Positions 18,094 to 27,870 of a stretch of DNA of 40,484 nt are shown here, one piece after another. The notes beneath the pieces were generated by a model. The model was not told the origin of the DNA, made no database searches, and saw only the letters and a list, made by a program, of their open reading frames with translations. Origin of the DNA: a virus (Duplodnaviria; Caudoviricetes); IMG/VR virus record IMGVR_UViG_3300036546_000108, positions 1 through 40,484 of that record; one strand, written 5' to 3'. Both the position numbers and the translations under genes were made by a program. Every line of letters starts with the position of its first letter. Positions within the stretch are counted from its first letter, which is position 1.

Positions 18094-18600
18094 TTAGGCC
18101 GTAAGGCGAATAACGGCGAGGTAAACACCGGCTGCGGTGGGGGAAGGTACGTGGCGCACAATGTGGCAGTTGGGTATCTGCGTTTCGCCAACGTCTGCGG
18201 TCCCGTGGTCAAGAGCGCCGGTCGCATCGGTGTAGAAAATGGGATCACCGATATCGCCGCCGTCGGATGCAAGGGATACGTAGATTTCGCCTTCCTGCAA
18301 CAGTTCCACAACCTGTCCGTCGGGCAGAAGAAGTGACGTTGCGAGGGTGTCGGCAGCGGTACCGCGCAAGGGGTACTGTTTGGGCTTGATGAGAATACCG
18401 GCAAAGTTGCCAGCGTCGCCACCAGCAGAAACCAGTTCGTTTGCGGTGGAATCGTAGCAGAAGGCTCGGCCAACGATGTTGTTGGCAGCGCCCGCGCCAG
18501 AGTTCAGCGTTGCGGTAATGACGTACTTCGGGGTGTCAAAGGCGAGTTCGCCAACGATACCGGAAGTCAGGTCAAGGGCTACAGAGGTCTGAACAGCCAT
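18094..18600 (-). CDS. Capsid decoration / cement protein
   Basis: Q..V.....G.VGE, FAGIL..PK, GEI.V motifs; between scaffold and capsid genes. Confidence 0.75.
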   Translation of the reverse strand: MAVQTSVALDLTSGIVGELAFDTPKYVITATLNSGAGAANNIVGRAFCYDSTANELVSAGGDAGNFAGILIKPKQYPLRGTAADTLATSLLLPDGQVVELLQEGEIYVSLASDGGDIGDPIFYTDATGALDHGTADVGETQIPNCHIVRHVPSPTAAGVYLAVIRLTA

Positions 18601-19919
18601 TACTCTACCTCCTTCCAATTGGAGTTGGCAAAGATGTCAACGGGCTTGCCGTCAAGTGCGATGCCGGGTTTCTTGTGTTCGGGGGTGCGTCCATGCAGAT
18701 ACGCATTCAGGGCCACACGCTCGGAACCCTTTGCACACGGTACGCCAAGCTTCTGTACGCCGTATTCTGCAACCTGCTGAACGGTCATACGCATGTGGTC
18801 AAAGGTTCCTACGAAGCCTGAAAGACGACTTGCCAGTTCGTCACGGTCTGCAATACTGGATACCATAGCGGCGTCCATAGTGGCGGTGTGCGCCTTGGCT
18901 GCGGCCAGTTCCTTTTCCAGCTTCTTCAAGCGGGCGTCCATAGCCTTCATGGGTTCTTCCATGTCCATCCCTTCCTTTTTCTCTTCGGTGGGCGGCACTT
19001 CTTCGTCCATCTGCGGGGGGGCTTCTTCGCCTTCCACTTCTTCCTCCGCCTTTTCGACTTCCTCGTGCTGCTCCATTTCCGGCTTAACGATGGCAATGCC
19101 CATCTCGGTAAGCATCTTCTCCTGCTCCGCATGTTCCGCGATCAGGGGCTTCAGCTCATCAATGAGGGCCTTGATGCGGCTAGTAGAGTCGCCGCCACCG
19201 TCGGGTTTCAATTCGTCTGCCATAGCGACGATCTCCTTGGTATCAAGTGTAAACGTCATACGGTCCAATACCGCAACATCCGGCCCCGTGCGCCCTTCGG
19301 TGACCAGTGCCAGATGATTTCCACGAATTTTTCGCTGGATAGCGTCATATCTTTGGCCATTCCACATTCCAGGAACATGCTCATATAGGCAGCGGTACCC
19401 GGGGGAAAGTTCAACCTTTCCAGAACCGATAAGCCCTTTGAGGGATTCGGATACGATCTTGAGATTGGCTCGAAGGTATGGAGGGTCGAAGCGCACCTGT
19501 TCGCCTATCATTCCCTGCACGCCCTTGCGTTCAGCGGGCGTAGCCCCAATGTCTTCGCTACCCAACATGGCGTGTTCATCCACAAACGGCAGCAGGCGGA
19601 ACGAAGCTATGCATTCAGGGTCTGCCAACTCTTCGGCGGGGCGATATACCTTGAACACTTCGCCGTGCCGCGACGGGTCGGGGTGCTGTATCTGTGCGCC
19701 AGAATATTCAAAGATTCCCTCTTTGCTAATGGGATTGTCTTTGATCTCGATAAATCCGTTGATGTCGGTCATGCGGGCTGAGGTGGTGCCAACATCCTTG
19801 GAAAGCCCCGCCTCGCTCATAGCAATAGCAACAGCCTGCTCTTCGGGATAGCCTTCTTTCCTGAGCTTTGAGATATTGGCACTGACAGTTTCCTGACTAC
19901 TGCCTTGCTTCAATGGCAT
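18600..19919 (-). CDS. Prohead protease-scaffold, DUF2213 family
   Basis: NPISK.G.F.Y, VYRP.EEL, ELS.GY.C, YDAIQR.I.GNHLALV..GR.G; acidic scaffold region with repeated (G/A)MD. Confidence 0.9.
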   Translation of the reverse strand: MPLKQGSSQETVSANISKLRKEGYPEEQAVAIAMSEAGLSKDVGTTSARMTDINGFIEIKDNPISKEGIFEYSGAQIQHPDPSRHGEVFKVYRPAEELADPECIASFRLLPFVDEHAMLGSEDIGATPAERKGVQGMIGEQVRFDPPYLRANLKIVSESLKGLIGSGKVELSPGYRCLYEHVPGMWNGQRYDAIQRKIRGNHLALVTEGRTGPDVAVLDRMTFTLDTKEIVAMADELKPDGGGDSTSRIKALIDELKPLIAEHAEQEKMLTEMGIAIVKPEMEQHEEVEKAEEEVEGEEAPPQMDEEVPPTEEKKEGMDMEEPMKAMDARLKKLEKELAAAKAHTATMDAAMVSSIADRDELASRLSGFVGTFDHMRMTVQQVAEYGVQKLGVPCAKGSERVALNAYLHGRTPEHKKPGIALDGKPVDIFANSNWKEVE

Positions 19920-20089
19920 CGGATACACCTCGTTGGTTACTATGGGCGGCCCACCGGCAGAAGGCACTTGGAGAGTGCAAGGGAAACTTCAAAAATTTGG
20001 ATGTGGACCGCCCACGGCTCACCGTTGCAGATGTGTCAATATTTTGTCAACTCGTATTTTGTGGGTGAACATATTTATTTTGAAATCTG

Positions 20090-20118
20090 TTGACACGAAA
20101 TCAAAATTGGCGCATGGT
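20090..20118 (+). promoter_or_regulatory. Sigma70-like promoter TTGACA-N17-CATGGT for the inverted gene island
   Basis: Perfect -35, 17-nt spacer, AT-rich upstream, AAGGAG RBS downstream. Confidence 0.6.
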
Positions 20119-20161
20119 GTTTTCACGGACGGAGAGAAACACAAACCAAAGGAGAACGATC

Positions 20162-20350
20162 ATGAGCTGGCGCAAGAATCTTACCAAGGCACAGAAGGCC
20201 CACCTCCGCGAACACAACTGCAACACCAAGGCTGCTTTTGTAAGAACACGCGAGGTGCAGCTGGCAATGATGAAGACCAACAACCAGATGGAAGTTTGTT
20301 GGGATTGTCGTGAAATAGCTAAACGTCTTGGCGTGTGTCAGAATGCCTAG
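20162..20350 (+). CDS. Small hypothetical protein (CWDC)
   Basis: AAGGAG RBS; 62 aa. Confidence 0.7.
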   Translation: MSWRKNLTKAQKAHLREHNCNTKAAFVRTREVQLAMMKTNNQMEVCWDCREIAKRLGVCQNA

Positions 20351-20525
20351 CGGAGGAGCACGCAAAGGTGCGGGCCGCAAGCCTGCCCTCGACAAACAAC
20401 GGTACAAGCGCGTACAGGTGCGCCTGTCTCAACGGCTGGACGGATGGAGCGGTAAAGAAGTGAAACAGGCGGCAGAGTGGGCCGTCGATAACGGGTATGA
20501 ACGGGAGGTTGGAAGTGAAGATTGA
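20343..20525 (+). CDS. Small DNA-binding protein (GGARKGAGRK motif, RHH-like)
   Basis: GG.R.GAGRK followed by the beta-strand-like VQVRL. Confidence 0.65.
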   Translation: MPSGGARKGAGRKPALDKQRYKRVQVRLSQRLDGWSGKEVKQAAEWAVDNGYEREVGSED

Positions 20526-20931
20526 TGCAGATATTTCAATCCTCGCAGGAAAAAGCGGTGTTAAAATAGAGATACACGACAGGGATAGTGGCATCTGCTT
20601 TTTCAGAGGCAGGCTTGATCCTAAACAGTTTTGCATGGCTATGGGCCAACTTTCCAACTGCGAGATGGAATCCGGCGAGGTGTTTAGTCTCGACAAAGTC
20701 GGAAAGAAAATGGAGTGGAAGAAGTTTGAATTCCCAATTGGCAAAACGACATATGATAACAGGAAGGATGTCGCTACCATAGAGTGCCTGAAGAATGTTC
20801 CGGATGGATGGCATCCAGATTTACACTTCAACGCTAAGGACTCATTCTTCACAAGGGACGGTGTGGAATATGCTCGCGTAACTATCCGTCGGTGGGTTGA
20901 CGTGGAAAGACCGAGCGAAGAGGAGGAATAG
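20497..20931 (+). CDS. Hypothetical phage protein (start may be GTG at about 20515)
   Basis: 144-aa ORF overlapping the upstream gene. Confidence 0.7.
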   Translation: MNGRLEVKIDADISILAGKSGVKIEIHDRDSGICFFRGRLDPKQFCMAMGQLSNCEMESGEVFSLDKVGKKMEWKKFEFPIGKTTYDNRKDVATIECLKNVPDGWHPDLHFNAKDSFFTRDGVEYARVTIRRWVDVERPSEEEE

Positions 20932-20932
20932 A

Positions 20933-21127
20933 ATGGACTGGGAAAAGGTGGCGATACGGTTGGCTGAGGATTATGTAGAACAGTTCGGTTGTCCGGCAGA
21001 TGCAAATCACCATTGCAAGGGTTTGCGTTGCCACGACAAAGAAAAATGCCCATACGCAGACGTTGACCAATCGTTCATGGCTGTTGACTGCTGGCTAAAG
21101 TGGGCTATGGGGAGGGTGGAGTCGTGA
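20933..21127 (+). CDS. Small Cys-rich hypothetical protein
   Basis: GAGGAGG RBS; CP...C...C...CP...CW. Confidence 0.65.
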   Translation: MDWEKVAIRLAEDYVEQFGCPADANHHCKGLRCHDKEKCPYADVDQSFMAVDCWLKWAMGRVES

Positions 21128-21357
21128 AAATCTGGATCACCAAGTACGCATTGAGCAAGGGAATTGTTGTTGAACATGCAGAACATAGGGGTGGTGATTT
21201 ATGGGTATTTTCTGGAGGATTTGTAGATTCCCGACTCGAAGGACGAGACTGGCATCGCACCGAAGAATCCGCAATGGCGTGTGCAGAGGAAATGCGTGTC
21301 AAAAAGATAGCGTCTTTGAAGAAAAATATTTCCAAGCTTGAGAATCTAACATTCTAA
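21124..21357 (+). CDS. Conserved phage protein (WITKYAL..GI...DWHRT.E.A...AEEMR.KKIASL)
   Basis: Motif recalled from phage proteins; GTGA overlap. Confidence 0.75.
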   Translation: MKIWITKYALSKGIVVEHAEHRGGDLWVFSGGFVDSRLEGRDWHRTEESAMACAEEMRVKKIASLKKNISKLENLTF

Positions 21358-21390
21358 ACAAGAAAGCCCCCTCACGGGGGGCCTTTTTTA
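21358..21390. terminator. Bidirectional intrinsic terminator
   Basis: AAGAAA-GCCCCC-TCACG-GGGGGC-CTTTTTT between convergent genes. Confidence 0.85.
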
Positions 21391-21621
21391 TTTCTTGGCT
21401 AGCTGTTCTTCGAGATGCTGTATCCTGTCGTAGAGGTGTACGACCACCTTAGCAAGCATTCTATAGCCCTCATGTTCAGGGCACTTGCTTGGAGACGGGT
21501 CTACAGAGTCCATGTACTTGCACGTTACATCAGCATTTGCCCAGTCACGATCTTTGACAGTCTTGACAAACCTTTCAATGCACATGCCTTCTATAGCTGC
21601 ATCAAGCTCTTTGGCGTTCAT
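21388..21621 (-). CDS. Hypothetical protein
   Basis: ATGA-coupled to the upstream gene; ends at terminator. Confidence 0.65.
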   Translation of the reverse strand: MNAKELDAAIEGMCIERFVKTVKDRDWANADVTCKYMDSVDPSPSKCPEHEGYRMLAKVVVHLYDRIQHLEEQLAKK

Positions 21622-21833
21622 TTCCCGTTCTCTTTCAGCCATCGCCGACGAAGCAGGTACTCACGCGCACACATGATGGGGAACCCGATAGCGCAGATGA
21701 GGCCGAAGAACTTGTTGCCGTCGGGCTGCACCATTTGCAGGAACCCCCACGAGGAGGCTAGGAATCCGAAGACCTGCCAGAAGACGAACGCGGCCTTGTT
21801 GCCACAGCGGGAGGGGGCTGGTTTGTTACTCAT
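21618..21833 (-). CDS. Small 2-TM membrane protein
   Basis: Two hydrophobic helices, basic C-terminus, AAGGAG RBS. Confidence 0.65.
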   Translation of the reverse strand: MSNKPAPSRCGNKAAFVFWQVFGFLASSWGFLQMVQPDGNKFFGLICAIGFPIMCAREYLLRRRWLKENGK

Positions 21834-22036
21834 CGCGCACTCTCCTTTGCGATTTCAACCATCCTAGAAACAAGCATTGCATTCAACTTTTCCATATCCA
21901 CATCGAACTTAACTACGAATCGGGAACCGTGTTCACAAGTTTCAACACGTGGAGAATCAAAAGTAATGCACTTTTTTACAACTTCTCCGATTATACCGTT
22001 AACATCTGGGTCAACTTCTGCAATCTGTTTAGCCAT
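21830..22036 (-). CDS. AT-rich hypothetical protein between 18-bp direct repeats
   Basis: AAGGAG RBS before ATG 22036; ATGA overlap downstream. Confidence 0.65.
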   Translation of the reverse strand: MAKQIAEVDPDVNGIIGEVVKKCITFDSPRVETCEHGSRFVVKFDVDMEKLNAMLVSRMVEIAKESAR

Positions 22037-22055
22037 AGCACTCTCCTTTGCGATT
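21837..22055. repeat. 18-bp perfect direct repeat (minus strand AATCGCAAAGGAGAGTGC) at 21837-21854 and 22038-22055
   Basis: Read directly; contains the Shine-Dalgarno sequence. Confidence 0.95.
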
Positions 22056-22117
22056 AGTTGTCGCCGGATTTTGATGGGATTCCGGCGTAACCCAATGAAC
22101 AACCGAGAAACAAAACT

Positions 22118-22987
22118 CTATTCCTCATCCTCCCCAAAGTCAACGATGGGACGAGCAACACACCGGCAGTTAATGAGCTGTCCTGGGAAGCCCCGTTCAC
22201 CCGTTTTGCTGTCGATAACAGGCGGGTCGTCGTAGCTGAAAATCTTTCCGTTCATGCTCTGGTGCTCTTTACGCGGCTCTGCCCCTCCACCGCTATGTAT
22301 CCATTCAAATTTTTTCACGCCGAGAGCCTTGGCCCGTTCGGTGTTCATCGCGGTTGTTACCTTACGTGTCTGGTCGCGTGCAATCAACTTGGCACGGCGC
22401 ATCGTGATACCGTCGTATTTCTTCAACGCTTCGGTAACATCGGCAAGCCCGTTGCCTCCGGGCTGAATAGAACGCATGACTTCGCCCTGTATCTGCGTGA
22501 AATATTGTTCAGGGATTGACTTGATGAGCGCCACGTTCTCGGCTGTTGCGGCGGTTACGGCATCTTGAAGCGCGGCGGGCATGATGTTGGTCTTGAGCGT
22601 CAAGCCCCCGCTCAGTTCTTTGAGAGACATGCCAAGGCTGGCAGCGCTCGCCTTGTCCACGCCGCCGAAGAACCGATCTACGATAGACGGTGCTTCTTTG
22701 GCAAAGCGCTTGTAGAACCGGTCATACAGATTGTTGAGCTTGATGCGGGCTTGGCTAGCAATGCTAGCGTCCTGCGTCAAATGTTCGCCATGCTCGCTGA
22801 ACACAGCCTTAATTTCTCGCGCATACGCCTTCGTCATGAGCTCAACAAGACGCTGAATGTTTGCCCTGTAGCGAGACTCAACCGCCGCATTATAGTGCAG
22901 GGGCGCACCCTTAAAGGTGGCCCCGTTGCGCTCGTTCGCCCATTGCTGGCGTGTCTTAGTTAACGGGGGGCGCGTTCTTTTCGCCAT
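22118..22987 (-). CDS. Head morphogenesis protein (SPP1 gp7 / Mu F family)
   Basis: [34 protein letters not shown]. Confidence 0.9.
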   Translation of the reverse strand: MAKRTRPPLTKTRQQWANERNGATFKGAPLHYNAAVESRYRANIQRLVELMTKAYAREIKAVFSEHGEHLTQDASIASQARIKLNNLYDRFYKRFAKEAPSIVDRFFGGVDKASAASLGMSLKELSGGLTLKTNIMPAALQDAVTAATAENVALIKSIPEQYFTQIQGEVMRSIQPGGNGLADVTEALKKYDGITMRRAKLIARDQTRKVTTAMNTERAKALGVKKFEWIHSGGGAEPRKEHQSMNGKIFSYDDPPVIDSKTGERGFPGQLINCRCVARPIVDFGEDEE

Positions 22988-24443
22988 CAGGTTCAACCCC
23001 TTCAGGTTCCGTTTCTTCCTGTTCTTCGACTATTTCTGGCAATCCGAAATGGTCACTGTCAGGGTCTGCGGTAATGCGGGCCCGAACATCCATGCCGTCA
23101 ATTGCTCCAAGACCTGCCAAGATAGCGTCAGTCTCGGCCTTAGTCTTGTTTATCGTGGCGTACTCCTCTGCGGTAGGGCTGTCGAGCGGAGCCCACGCTA
23201 CAGACGTGTCAATATATTTACCATACTTCGGCTCTATGTGCGATTTCATGACAAGCTGGTGGTGACGCTCAAGCAGGGGTGTCAAATCCCCCTGTATGCA
23301 TTCCAGCTCCTGCCGGTAGTTCTCAGCCTCATACTCTCCGGTCGCGTTGAACCCCTTGGGCTGAGTTCCGAGAAGCTTGGTTGCCGGGACGTTGGCGATA
23401 GCTGCAACGAGCTGGTACTGTGTCATGATAACTGTGTCGAGGTCTCCAAGGGCGGTGTCGAATTGCGTCAGGTCTTCGCTCTCTTTGTCGCAAACCTTCA
23501 CGCCGTAGTTGTCCCTGTAGGATGCAAATAACTGAAGGGCAGCCTCAAACCGCGATTGGTTTGCAAGGGCGGTTGTAGTGTTGGCCTTGAGCACGGTAAG
23601 GCGCTTGGTCATGGCGAGCTGCGGAGCTTCGTTTGCCGTGCGCTCTGCTGCATACACGCGCTCGTAAATTTTTTGCGGTACGCTTAAGCCGCCATATCGA
23701 TACGAAGGCTTGAGCAGATCTGGTACGGGATATGGGATGTACACGCACAGGTGCGAGTGATGGTATTTCTGACCGGCAATGTTATAAAACGTGGGCTCGT
23801 AGAAGCGAATACCTGCGGGACTGTTCACGCCTGCGTCCGTCAGGATGGGGGCGCACCATATCGGGTCAACCTGCTGGATTCCGACATAACTTCCGGGCGT
23901 AACGCCGTCGATGTTGAACGGCTTATCGTAATAGTCGGGGTCGGTACTGTTGACCTTGAAGATAGCAACGCGAATGCCATACACGCGAGCCATCTGCACA
24001 AACTCTTTCATCACGTTGTTGATGCCGTATCGCTTGTCGGCAAGCCGGATTGCATCGACTATCTCGGGTGTCAATTCCTCGCCACCATTGGACGTAACTT
24101 CATAGCCCTGACGTATCGCATCGCGGGCAGGAACCGCGCACGCCTTATCAACAAGCCAGTGTTGCGCGATGATGGCGCACATGTTGTATCCTGGGAAAGT
24201 TTGGTTAGCGTACCACATGGCTTGGGCGTCGGGTACTCCGGCGCCACGACCAGATACTACGGAGTAGTCAGTAGTTAGTCCGTCCATGGTTGAGCCGTCA
24301 GATGCTTCTGGAATCACGATTGCAGATGCCAGCGCCTTTTGAACTTGTTTTCGGCTTGGTGTCGTGAACTCTGTTGAGAAAAAGGAGCCCTTTGGCTCTG
24401 CTTCCGGCACTTCGACCGGCTTGTTTTTTTTAAACCAACTCAT
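22956..24443 (-). CDS. Portal protein, DUF1073 family
   Basis: Follows TerL; [25 protein letters not shown]. Confidence 0.9.
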   Translation of the reverse strand: MSWFKKNKPVEVPEAEPKGSFFSTEFTTPSRKQVQKALASAIVIPEASDGSTMDGLTTDYSVVSGRGAGVPDAQAMWYANQTFPGYNMCAIIAQHWLVDKACAVPARDAIRQGYEVTSNGGEELTPEIVDAIRLADKRYGINNVMKEFVQMARVYGIRVAIFKVNSTDPDYYDKPFNIDGVTPGSYVGIQQVDPIWCAPILTDAGVNSPAGIRFYEPTFYNIAGQKYHHSHLCVYIPYPVPDLLKPSYRYGGLSVPQKIYERVYAAERTANEAPQLAMTKRLTVLKANTTTALANQSRFEAALQLFASYRDNYGVKVCDKESEDLTQFDTALGDLDTVIMTQYQLVAAIANVPATKLLGTQPKGFNATGEYEAENYRQELECIQGDLTPLLERHHQLVMKSHIEPKYGKYIDTSVAWAPLDSPTAEEYATINKTKAETDAILAGLGAIDGMDVRARITADPDSDHFGLPEIVEEQEETEPEGVEPDGEKNAPPVN

Positions 24444-25669
24444 CCGAAGAACCCCTTTCCTTTTGATTTCATAATAGGCTCAAGTCCGTAGCGAGCCGCG
24501 TCTATCAAGTGGTTGTGTGCATCTACGAGCACGGGTAGCACGTCACCGCTCAGTCTGTCCACTTTGTAGCTGTATCGCAAACACTCATCAAAAAAGTGAT
24601 TGCACCGTGAATGTATGACAATTTCCGTGTAGCTTTTGAGATGGGCGATGCCATCCTCTACGCTGCCCTTACCCTTTTCGCACGCCCTCATGCGGGGGAG
24701 TCCGTGCCTCTTGAGGTAGCTTATTGACTCGGGACGGGCATTGTCAGCACGGCAAACGTGATCGACTATCCCCGGCAAGTCCTTTATGAGGCGTTCCGGA
24801 GTATGGTCGAGTTCAAGTGCTTGCGCATAGGATTCATACTCAACAAACAACCGCTGATCGTGCACCCACATTTTGACGCCTGCTGTTGGGTCTTGCGCGA
24901 AACCGAAGTCAAGACCGAAATACGGACCATCCCAATTGGGCCCGGGAACAAAATCATCAACACGGAACTTGCCGTTTAGCACCTGCGCTTCTGAATTCTG
25001 CCGGTACGCACCATCCCAAATCCATGCATACGTAGATGGATCTAGCGTCTTCTGCTGGCGTTGACGTAGCGCTTCAAGAGGCTGCGGAAACCAGGGGTTG
25101 TCGCGGTAGTTCATCTCCACGATCATGGAGTTGCCCTCAAGCATGTGCGCCTGCTTCCTGAAGCGAACATCCGTGGGGCTGCCGTCTATTTCAGGGTTCC
25201 ACGTTACCCAAAGCTCGGAACCTTCTTCGCGTAGTGTAGGTTCAAGCTTGTTCCAACCCATCTCGGACACGCCTTCAGCCTCATCAATCCACGCAACTAG
25301 AATTTTTGACTTTGACTTGAGACTGTCGAGGTTGCGATTGAGGCCGGTGAACACGTACTCAATGCGCCGATTCTTTGAACGAATATACTCAAGCCCCACA
25401 TCATAATATGCCTTTAACCACGGCTCGGATTCGATAGCATCCTTGACCTCGGCCATGGACGAATCTTTAAGGCTGTTCATCCATTCACGTCCACACAGAA
25501 TAATCCCTTTGCCGCCCATCTCGGCAGCCGCATAGCCGTGTATGGCCGTCATTTTTGCAAATGTCCGCGTCTTACTCGACCCTCGCCCACCATGTGAGCC
25601 ACGCACACGCCTCTTGCCAGTAAACACCGGAACAAGCTTGGGCGGTAGCTTAATCTGTACCTTGCTCAT
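24440..25669 (-). CDS. terL: Terminase large subunit, PBSX family
   Basis: GGRGSSKT Walker A, WIDEAE Walker B, TWNP, GLDFGF..DP, NH.IDA.RY. Confidence 0.95.
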   Translation of the reverse strand: MSKVQIKLPPKLVPVFTGKRRVRGSHGGRGSSKTRTFAKMTAIHGYAAAEMGGKGIILCGREWMNSLKDSSMAEVKDAIESEPWLKAYYDVGLEYIRSKNRRIEYVFTGLNRNLDSLKSKSKILVAWIDEAEGVSEMGWNKLEPTLREEGSELWVTWNPEIDGSPTDVRFRKQAHMLEGNSMIVEMNYRDNPWFPQPLEALRQRQQKTLDPSTYAWIWDGAYRQNSEAQVLNGKFRVDDFVPGPNWDGPYFGLDFGFAQDPTAGVKMWVHDQRLFVEYESYAQALELDHTPERLIKDLPGIVDHVCRADNARPESISYLKRHGLPRMRACEKGKGSVEDGIAHLKSYTEIVIHSRCNHFFDECLRYSYKVDRLSGDVLPVLVDAHNHLIDAARYGLEPIMKSKGKGFFG

Positions 25670-26048
25670 CATCCCCGCCAAGGTAGGGTACAATCTCAAT
25701 AACGTTGGGCTTGGTCGCCATGCTGCCGTCAGAAGATGTGAGGTCAACACGTTCTTTGGGCTTGCCGTCATAGCGGTTGAGAGTATCAACGGCGGCCTTC
25801 TGCTTAATGTTTTCATCGGTGCTATCAAGCAGGTCAATCATTGCTTGCCGAGCTTTCAAAACAACCCTGGTCTTCAAAGTTTCTTTTCGCTCTGAAAACT
25901 CTGGATGGGCTTCGCAATATCTATACAGGGTGCTTGGCACTATATCTGCATGTAGGCACGCTTCAGAGTCAGAACACCCCATGCTCCATGCTTGCTCAAG
26001 TTTTGCAATGACATCATCGGTCATTTTTGTGGGCCTTCCTCCTGCCAT
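25650..26048 (-). CDS. terS: Terminase small subunit
   Basis: GRPTK...HTH (EACL.ADI...TLY.Y....PEF); immediately upstream of TerL. Confidence 0.85.
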   Translation of the reverse strand: MAGGRPTKMTDDVIAKLEQAWSMGCSDSEACLHADIVPSTLYRYCEAHPEFSERKETLKTRVVLKARQAMIDLLDSTDENIKQKAAVDTLNRYDGKPKERVDLTSSDGSMATKPNVIEIVPYLGGDDEQGTD

Positions 26049-26166
26049 AAACCACTCTCCTGTGTTTTTCTAAACCTTGTACACAATAAAAAGCCTTGTC
26101 AAGTGTGCCTTGACATACCTCTAGAGCGCGTGAGACGTAGGGACTATTTAACAAGGAGATGAACAC

Positions 26167-27225
26167 ATGGCTACCTTCCCAAACATTGCATGCCCTACGG
26201 GGCAATGGACAGACGTTACCGCCGGGATGATTGAGGGTAACGCATACACGCTGCAAACCCTTAGCGATGAATCTTTTTGGGTGTGCGAAAAGGACGGCGT
26301 CCCTGTTGAGTCTGACAGCCGCTTTTTTGTTCGCAACCGACAGTTCCTCCCCGTCGTATATGAAGGCATAGGAATTTACGTGCAGCCTGTGAATGGCGAG
26401 TCCCTGACCATGCAAATACACCCGGCACAGGGTCTCAATCCCTTGGGTGGGGTTGGCCGCACAGACAGATACGGTAATCTGCAAACAGCCGACCAAGACC
26501 AGTTTACCGAGATCCTGAACCTGTACCTTGCCCAGAAGCTTGACGACCTGACTGTTGACGCAAACACCAACCTTCTCGACAAGACGATTACCATCTCAAC
26601 AACCGGAGTTGTCCCCGTCGCGGGAAATCATGTTTGCCTGAAAGAAGGCACCGCGTTCTATCAAGGGCGAATAAAAACCGTGACGCCAGTCTCTGGTAAT
26701 CAGTATACTCTCGCCCTCAACACCCCTCTCGATTTCGCGTTCACAACCGCTGGCGGATGCTCTCTGACAAACGTTGACCTGCGGGTAAACGGAAGTGTAA
26801 CGCCCATTATTTTTGCTGTGTCTCCAGCCCTTCTTGATCAAGGTGTGTTTTGGGATATTACGCGCATACTGATGATTATGCGTGATGACACTCCTATGGA
26901 TGATGCAAAGTTTGCCGGGTCAACGGCACTGACAAACGGTCTTGTGTTCCGCATAAAATACAACGGAAAATACAAGAACCTGTTTACCATACGAAACAAC
27001 GCGGACTTCCGTCTTCAGGCGTATGACGTGCAGTACACAACAAACGCCCCCGCAGGCGAGTATGGTTTTTCATTCCGTCGCAGCTTCAACGGCAAGGACA
27101 AGAATGGCGTTGTGGCGAGACTCGTAAACGATGTTGACCCTGACGAGTTCCAGCTCGTAGTGCAGGATGACTTGACAGTCCTGACCGTTGGGAAGGCTCT
27201 TATACAGGGTCACGTAGGAGAATAA
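26167..27225 (+). CDS. Beta-rich protein of unknown function (352 aa), opposite strand
   Basis: AAGGAG RBS; long ORF with phage-like codon use; Thr/Gly/Val rich. Confidence 0.8.
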   Translation: MATFPNIACPTGQWTDVTAGMIEGNAYTLQTLSDESFWVCEKDGVPVESDSRFFVRNRQFLPVVYEGIGIYVQPVNGESLTMQIHPAQGLNPLGGVGRTDRYGNLQTADQDQFTEILNLYLAQKLDDLTVDANTNLLDKTITISTTGVVPVAGNHVCLKEGTAFYQGRIKTVTPVSGNQYTLALNTPLDFAFTTAGGCSLTNVDLRVNGSVTPIIFAVSPALLDQGVFWDITRILMIMRDDTPMDDAKFAGSTALTNGLVFRIKYNGKYKNLFTIRNNADFRLQAYDVQYTTNAPAGEYGFSFRRSFNGKDKNGVVARLVNDVDPDEFQLVVQDDLTVLTVGKALIQGHVGE

Positions 27226-27256
27226 AGAAGTCCCGCAGCGTGCGGACTGCGGGACT
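27221..27256 (-). terminator. Intrinsic terminator downstream of lysis genes
   Basis: AGTCCCGCAG/CTGCGGGACT 10-bp stem with TCTTTATT tail on minus strand. Confidence 0.8.
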
Positions 27257-27351
27257 CTGGGAGGTGCGAAACGAGTGCTTCATGAACGAGACAAAGAAGA
27301 AATGCGTACTGGTGAATCCCTTTTACTTAATTGCTTTGAGCATGTCAACCA

Positions 27352-27435
27352 TCATGTGCTCAACCACCAGATGATAGCCATAGCCCACACCCACCAGTAG
27401 GCGCACGCTATGGCTATTAGTTTACCGAAAAGCAT
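27352..27435 (-). CDS. 27-aa Trp-rich hydrophobic peptide (MLFGKLIAIACAYWWVWAMAIIWWLST)
   Basis: AGGAGG RBS overlapping the endolysin stop; not in the ORF track. Confidence 0.55.
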   Translation of the reverse strand: MLFGKLIAIACAYWWVWAMAIIWWLST

Positions 27436-27444
27436 AGTCGCCTC

Positions 27445-27870
27445 CTAACGCTTCCTTGGTGCCAGTTCAAAATGACACCCGTCGTTGAACGTCTGGTCCG
27501 TCATGATCTCGCCGTCTTGGTCCCAGTCGAGGCCGGAACGAATGGACACGTCCTTGAACATGGCATGAGCCGCCATGGTGAAAAGACCGTACAGGTAGAT
27601 GTAATACGGCATGGCAAATGTTGGCTTACCGTTGACATATGCCACGACGTCGACGGCCTCAGACGGGTACTGGTTGTGTTTCCCGTTGGGCCACTGAACC
27701 TTGCTGCGTCCTTCGGAGAAGTATTTGTTCTGCGTAGCTTCGTCCCTGTGGCCTTCCGAAATGCCGAAATCGACTTTGCTGTTTGCTATAGCTGCGTGCA
27801 TGATCTGCTGCAAGCGCGGGTCACACTGCTGCAACTTGGCAAGGCTTGACGCTCCGAACTTGAAACTCAT
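27445..27870 (-). CDS. Endolysin, M15-family (L-Ala-D-Glu) peptidase
   Basis: EG.R...Q, KHN..PS.AVD, G.DW, D..HFEL Zn motifs. Confidence 0.9.
   Translation of the reverse strand: MSFKFGASSLAKLQQCDPRLQQIMHAAIANSKVDFGISEGHRDEATQNKYFSEGRSKVQWPNGKHNQYPSEAVDVVAYVNGKPTFAMPYYIYLYGLFTMAAHAMFKDVSIRSGLDWDQDGEIMTDQTFNDGCHFELAPRKR

Noticed and set aside
16939-18336. 465-aa plus-strand ORF antisense to the major capsid gene
   Set aside because: Same codon-bias shadow of a highly expressed gene; no independent signals.
22956-24443. DUF1073 protein as an anti-CBASS (Acb1-like) enzyme
   Set aside because: Position after TerL and length fit a portal; no appended 2H-phosphoesterase domain is evident.
24440-25837. 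Extended N-termini given by the ORF track (TerL 25837, also 17045, 19967, 31677, 37490, 542)
   Set aside because: Downstream starts have better RBSs, match family N-termini and avoid long overlaps.
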